A DNA stretch of 63,838 nt, counting the filler, from Bigelowiella natans CCMP2755 (taxonomy: Eukaryota > Protista > Cercozoa), in assembly GCA_000320545.1 (NCBI GenBank). It is 6 parts of 6 records of this genome, joined end to end, with 100 filler letters (N's around TTAATTAATTAA, not from the genome) between each part and the next. Parts side by side here need not be neighbours in the genome. Positions count along the whole stretch, not along the records: positions 48,249 to 63,838 come from ADNK01001527.1; 5 more parts are not named here. One strand, written 5' to 3'. The notes beneath the pieces were generated by a model. That model had not been told where the DNA came from. It ran no database searches and saw only the letters and a list, made by a program, of their open reading frames with translations. The position numbers and the translations under genes are program-made. Below are positions 62,671-63,838 of this stretch, piece after piece. Numbering within the stretch: the first letter of the stretch is position 1; each line of letters begins with the position of its first letter.

Positions 62671-63442
62671 CAACAACAACAACTACAACAACCACAACTA
62701 CAACCGTTTTGGAAATAAGAAGGAGCTCGCAGCATAAGCATAGAGAAACAAGATACTACCTGTACCACACACGCGAGGAGCGCCAGTTGGTGTAAAACTT
62801 GCTCGGTTCCCTCCTGCTTCAGCGAGTGATAGTACCACGTGAGCGCTGCTCCAAGGGAAGACACCACCAGTCCAATGTACGCCGATCCCTTCGGGAGACA
62901 GTCTCGACTCGCCAAGATCGTGGTGAGCGCCATCCAGAGGTACCCTGCGTAGAGCATAATGTGCGGCACCCCGTGCGAGACCGGGGGGCGGTGTTTATGC
63001 CAGAACGGTCGCCACGGATCCTCGACGAAGAAGCCAAAGCAAATGCATCCCACGACAGCGTGCCACACCCACCGCACCCTCTTATTTGTGAGGACGTCGA
63101 GTGGGTCAAGGGTGGTGGTACTACGAGGGAGAGAACGCTCGTCCTCGTCGTCTCCGCCGGCCTCGGATTCGAAGTCCTCCGTACCAAATGCTCCTTCAAG
63201 CTGAGATCGGTGCCAGATCGCCTCGCTGTATGCGGCCTTTCTCTCTACATACCCCTGCTCTCGACTTCGCACGATTTCGTACCCGCTTTTCTGCGCCGCC
63301 TGCGCCCTGAGTGCGGGCCCTTTTCACAGCGGCCTCGCTCCAAAATCGCCCATGCCATCCGTCGCAGGAGCAGGCACATCCAGAAAAGGGAGAAGCTCGA
63401 TAGGATTACCCCCGCCACCGTGTGCCCTGCGGAGGAGCCCAT
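61904..63442 (-). CDS. TMEM45-like (DUF716) membrane protein
   Basis: N-terminal MGSSAGHTVAG..FW, HGVPHIMLYAGY, YYHSL..EQVLHQL and several TM segments. Frame changes need introns or indels near 63194-63252 and 62224-62245. Confidence 0.65.
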
Positions 63443-63688
63443 TGATCAGTGTGCTCTGTCTAGCGATTGGATCATTGTGGAGAGAAAAAAAATACTGATA
63501 ATTTCCAATAATCCCATGGAATTTATGCCTGCGACAATGAATTTATCTCTTGTTTTCTAAGTTTCAACAGATTTTTAATACACAAATACCGCTGCAGAAG
63601 GAGCCTCTGCACCACCATCCCTGCCTGTGTTGCGAGCGATCATCGGCCATCATGGAAGGAGGTCGCAGCTAAGAGGAGAGGGAGAGAA

Positions 63689-63741
<53 letters not shown>

Positions 63742-63838
63742 GACTGGGGAGACTTGTGTTAAAAACCCCATGTGATCTCTCATCTCTGCATTGGTTTTCA
63801 ACAAGATAAATGTGTCTTTTACTATCCCCCCCCCCCAC

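Overview
Eukaryotic nuclear scaffold of six contigs joined by 100-nt N/TTAATTAATTAA/N spacers. Genes are compact and intron-dense, and most introns are filled with microsatellites (GT, CT, TA, GAT, CTA, poly-C/G), so most short ORFs in the track are noise. I spliced genes by hand at GT..AG junctions. Recognisable genes: SET-domain methyltransferase, intronless TPT-family transporter, LRR+GAF protein, mucin-like membrane protein, ceramide synthase, FUN14, AFG1 ATPase, Vps51-like fragment, Crinkler/RHS-like NTPase-nuclease (probably broken), alpha-actinin C-terminus, NUMOD3-repeat protein with a bipartite-looking presequence, HSL-family esterase and TMEM45-like protein. The presequence suggests an alga with a complex plastid, for example a chlorarachniophyte; this is inference only. 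Main find: a 10-exon, about 754-aa microbial rhodopsin-histidine kinase-receiver fusion (41581-46156, minus strand) with no cyclase domain and an unusual helix-C signature. Second find: signs of a TpA-erasing mutational process, namely a 719-bp tract with only 2 TpA and two copies of a tiny MITE (10-bp TIR, 4-bp TSD) whose TIR differences fit TA>TG/CA changes. All assignments come from motif recognition by eye; no database searches were run.
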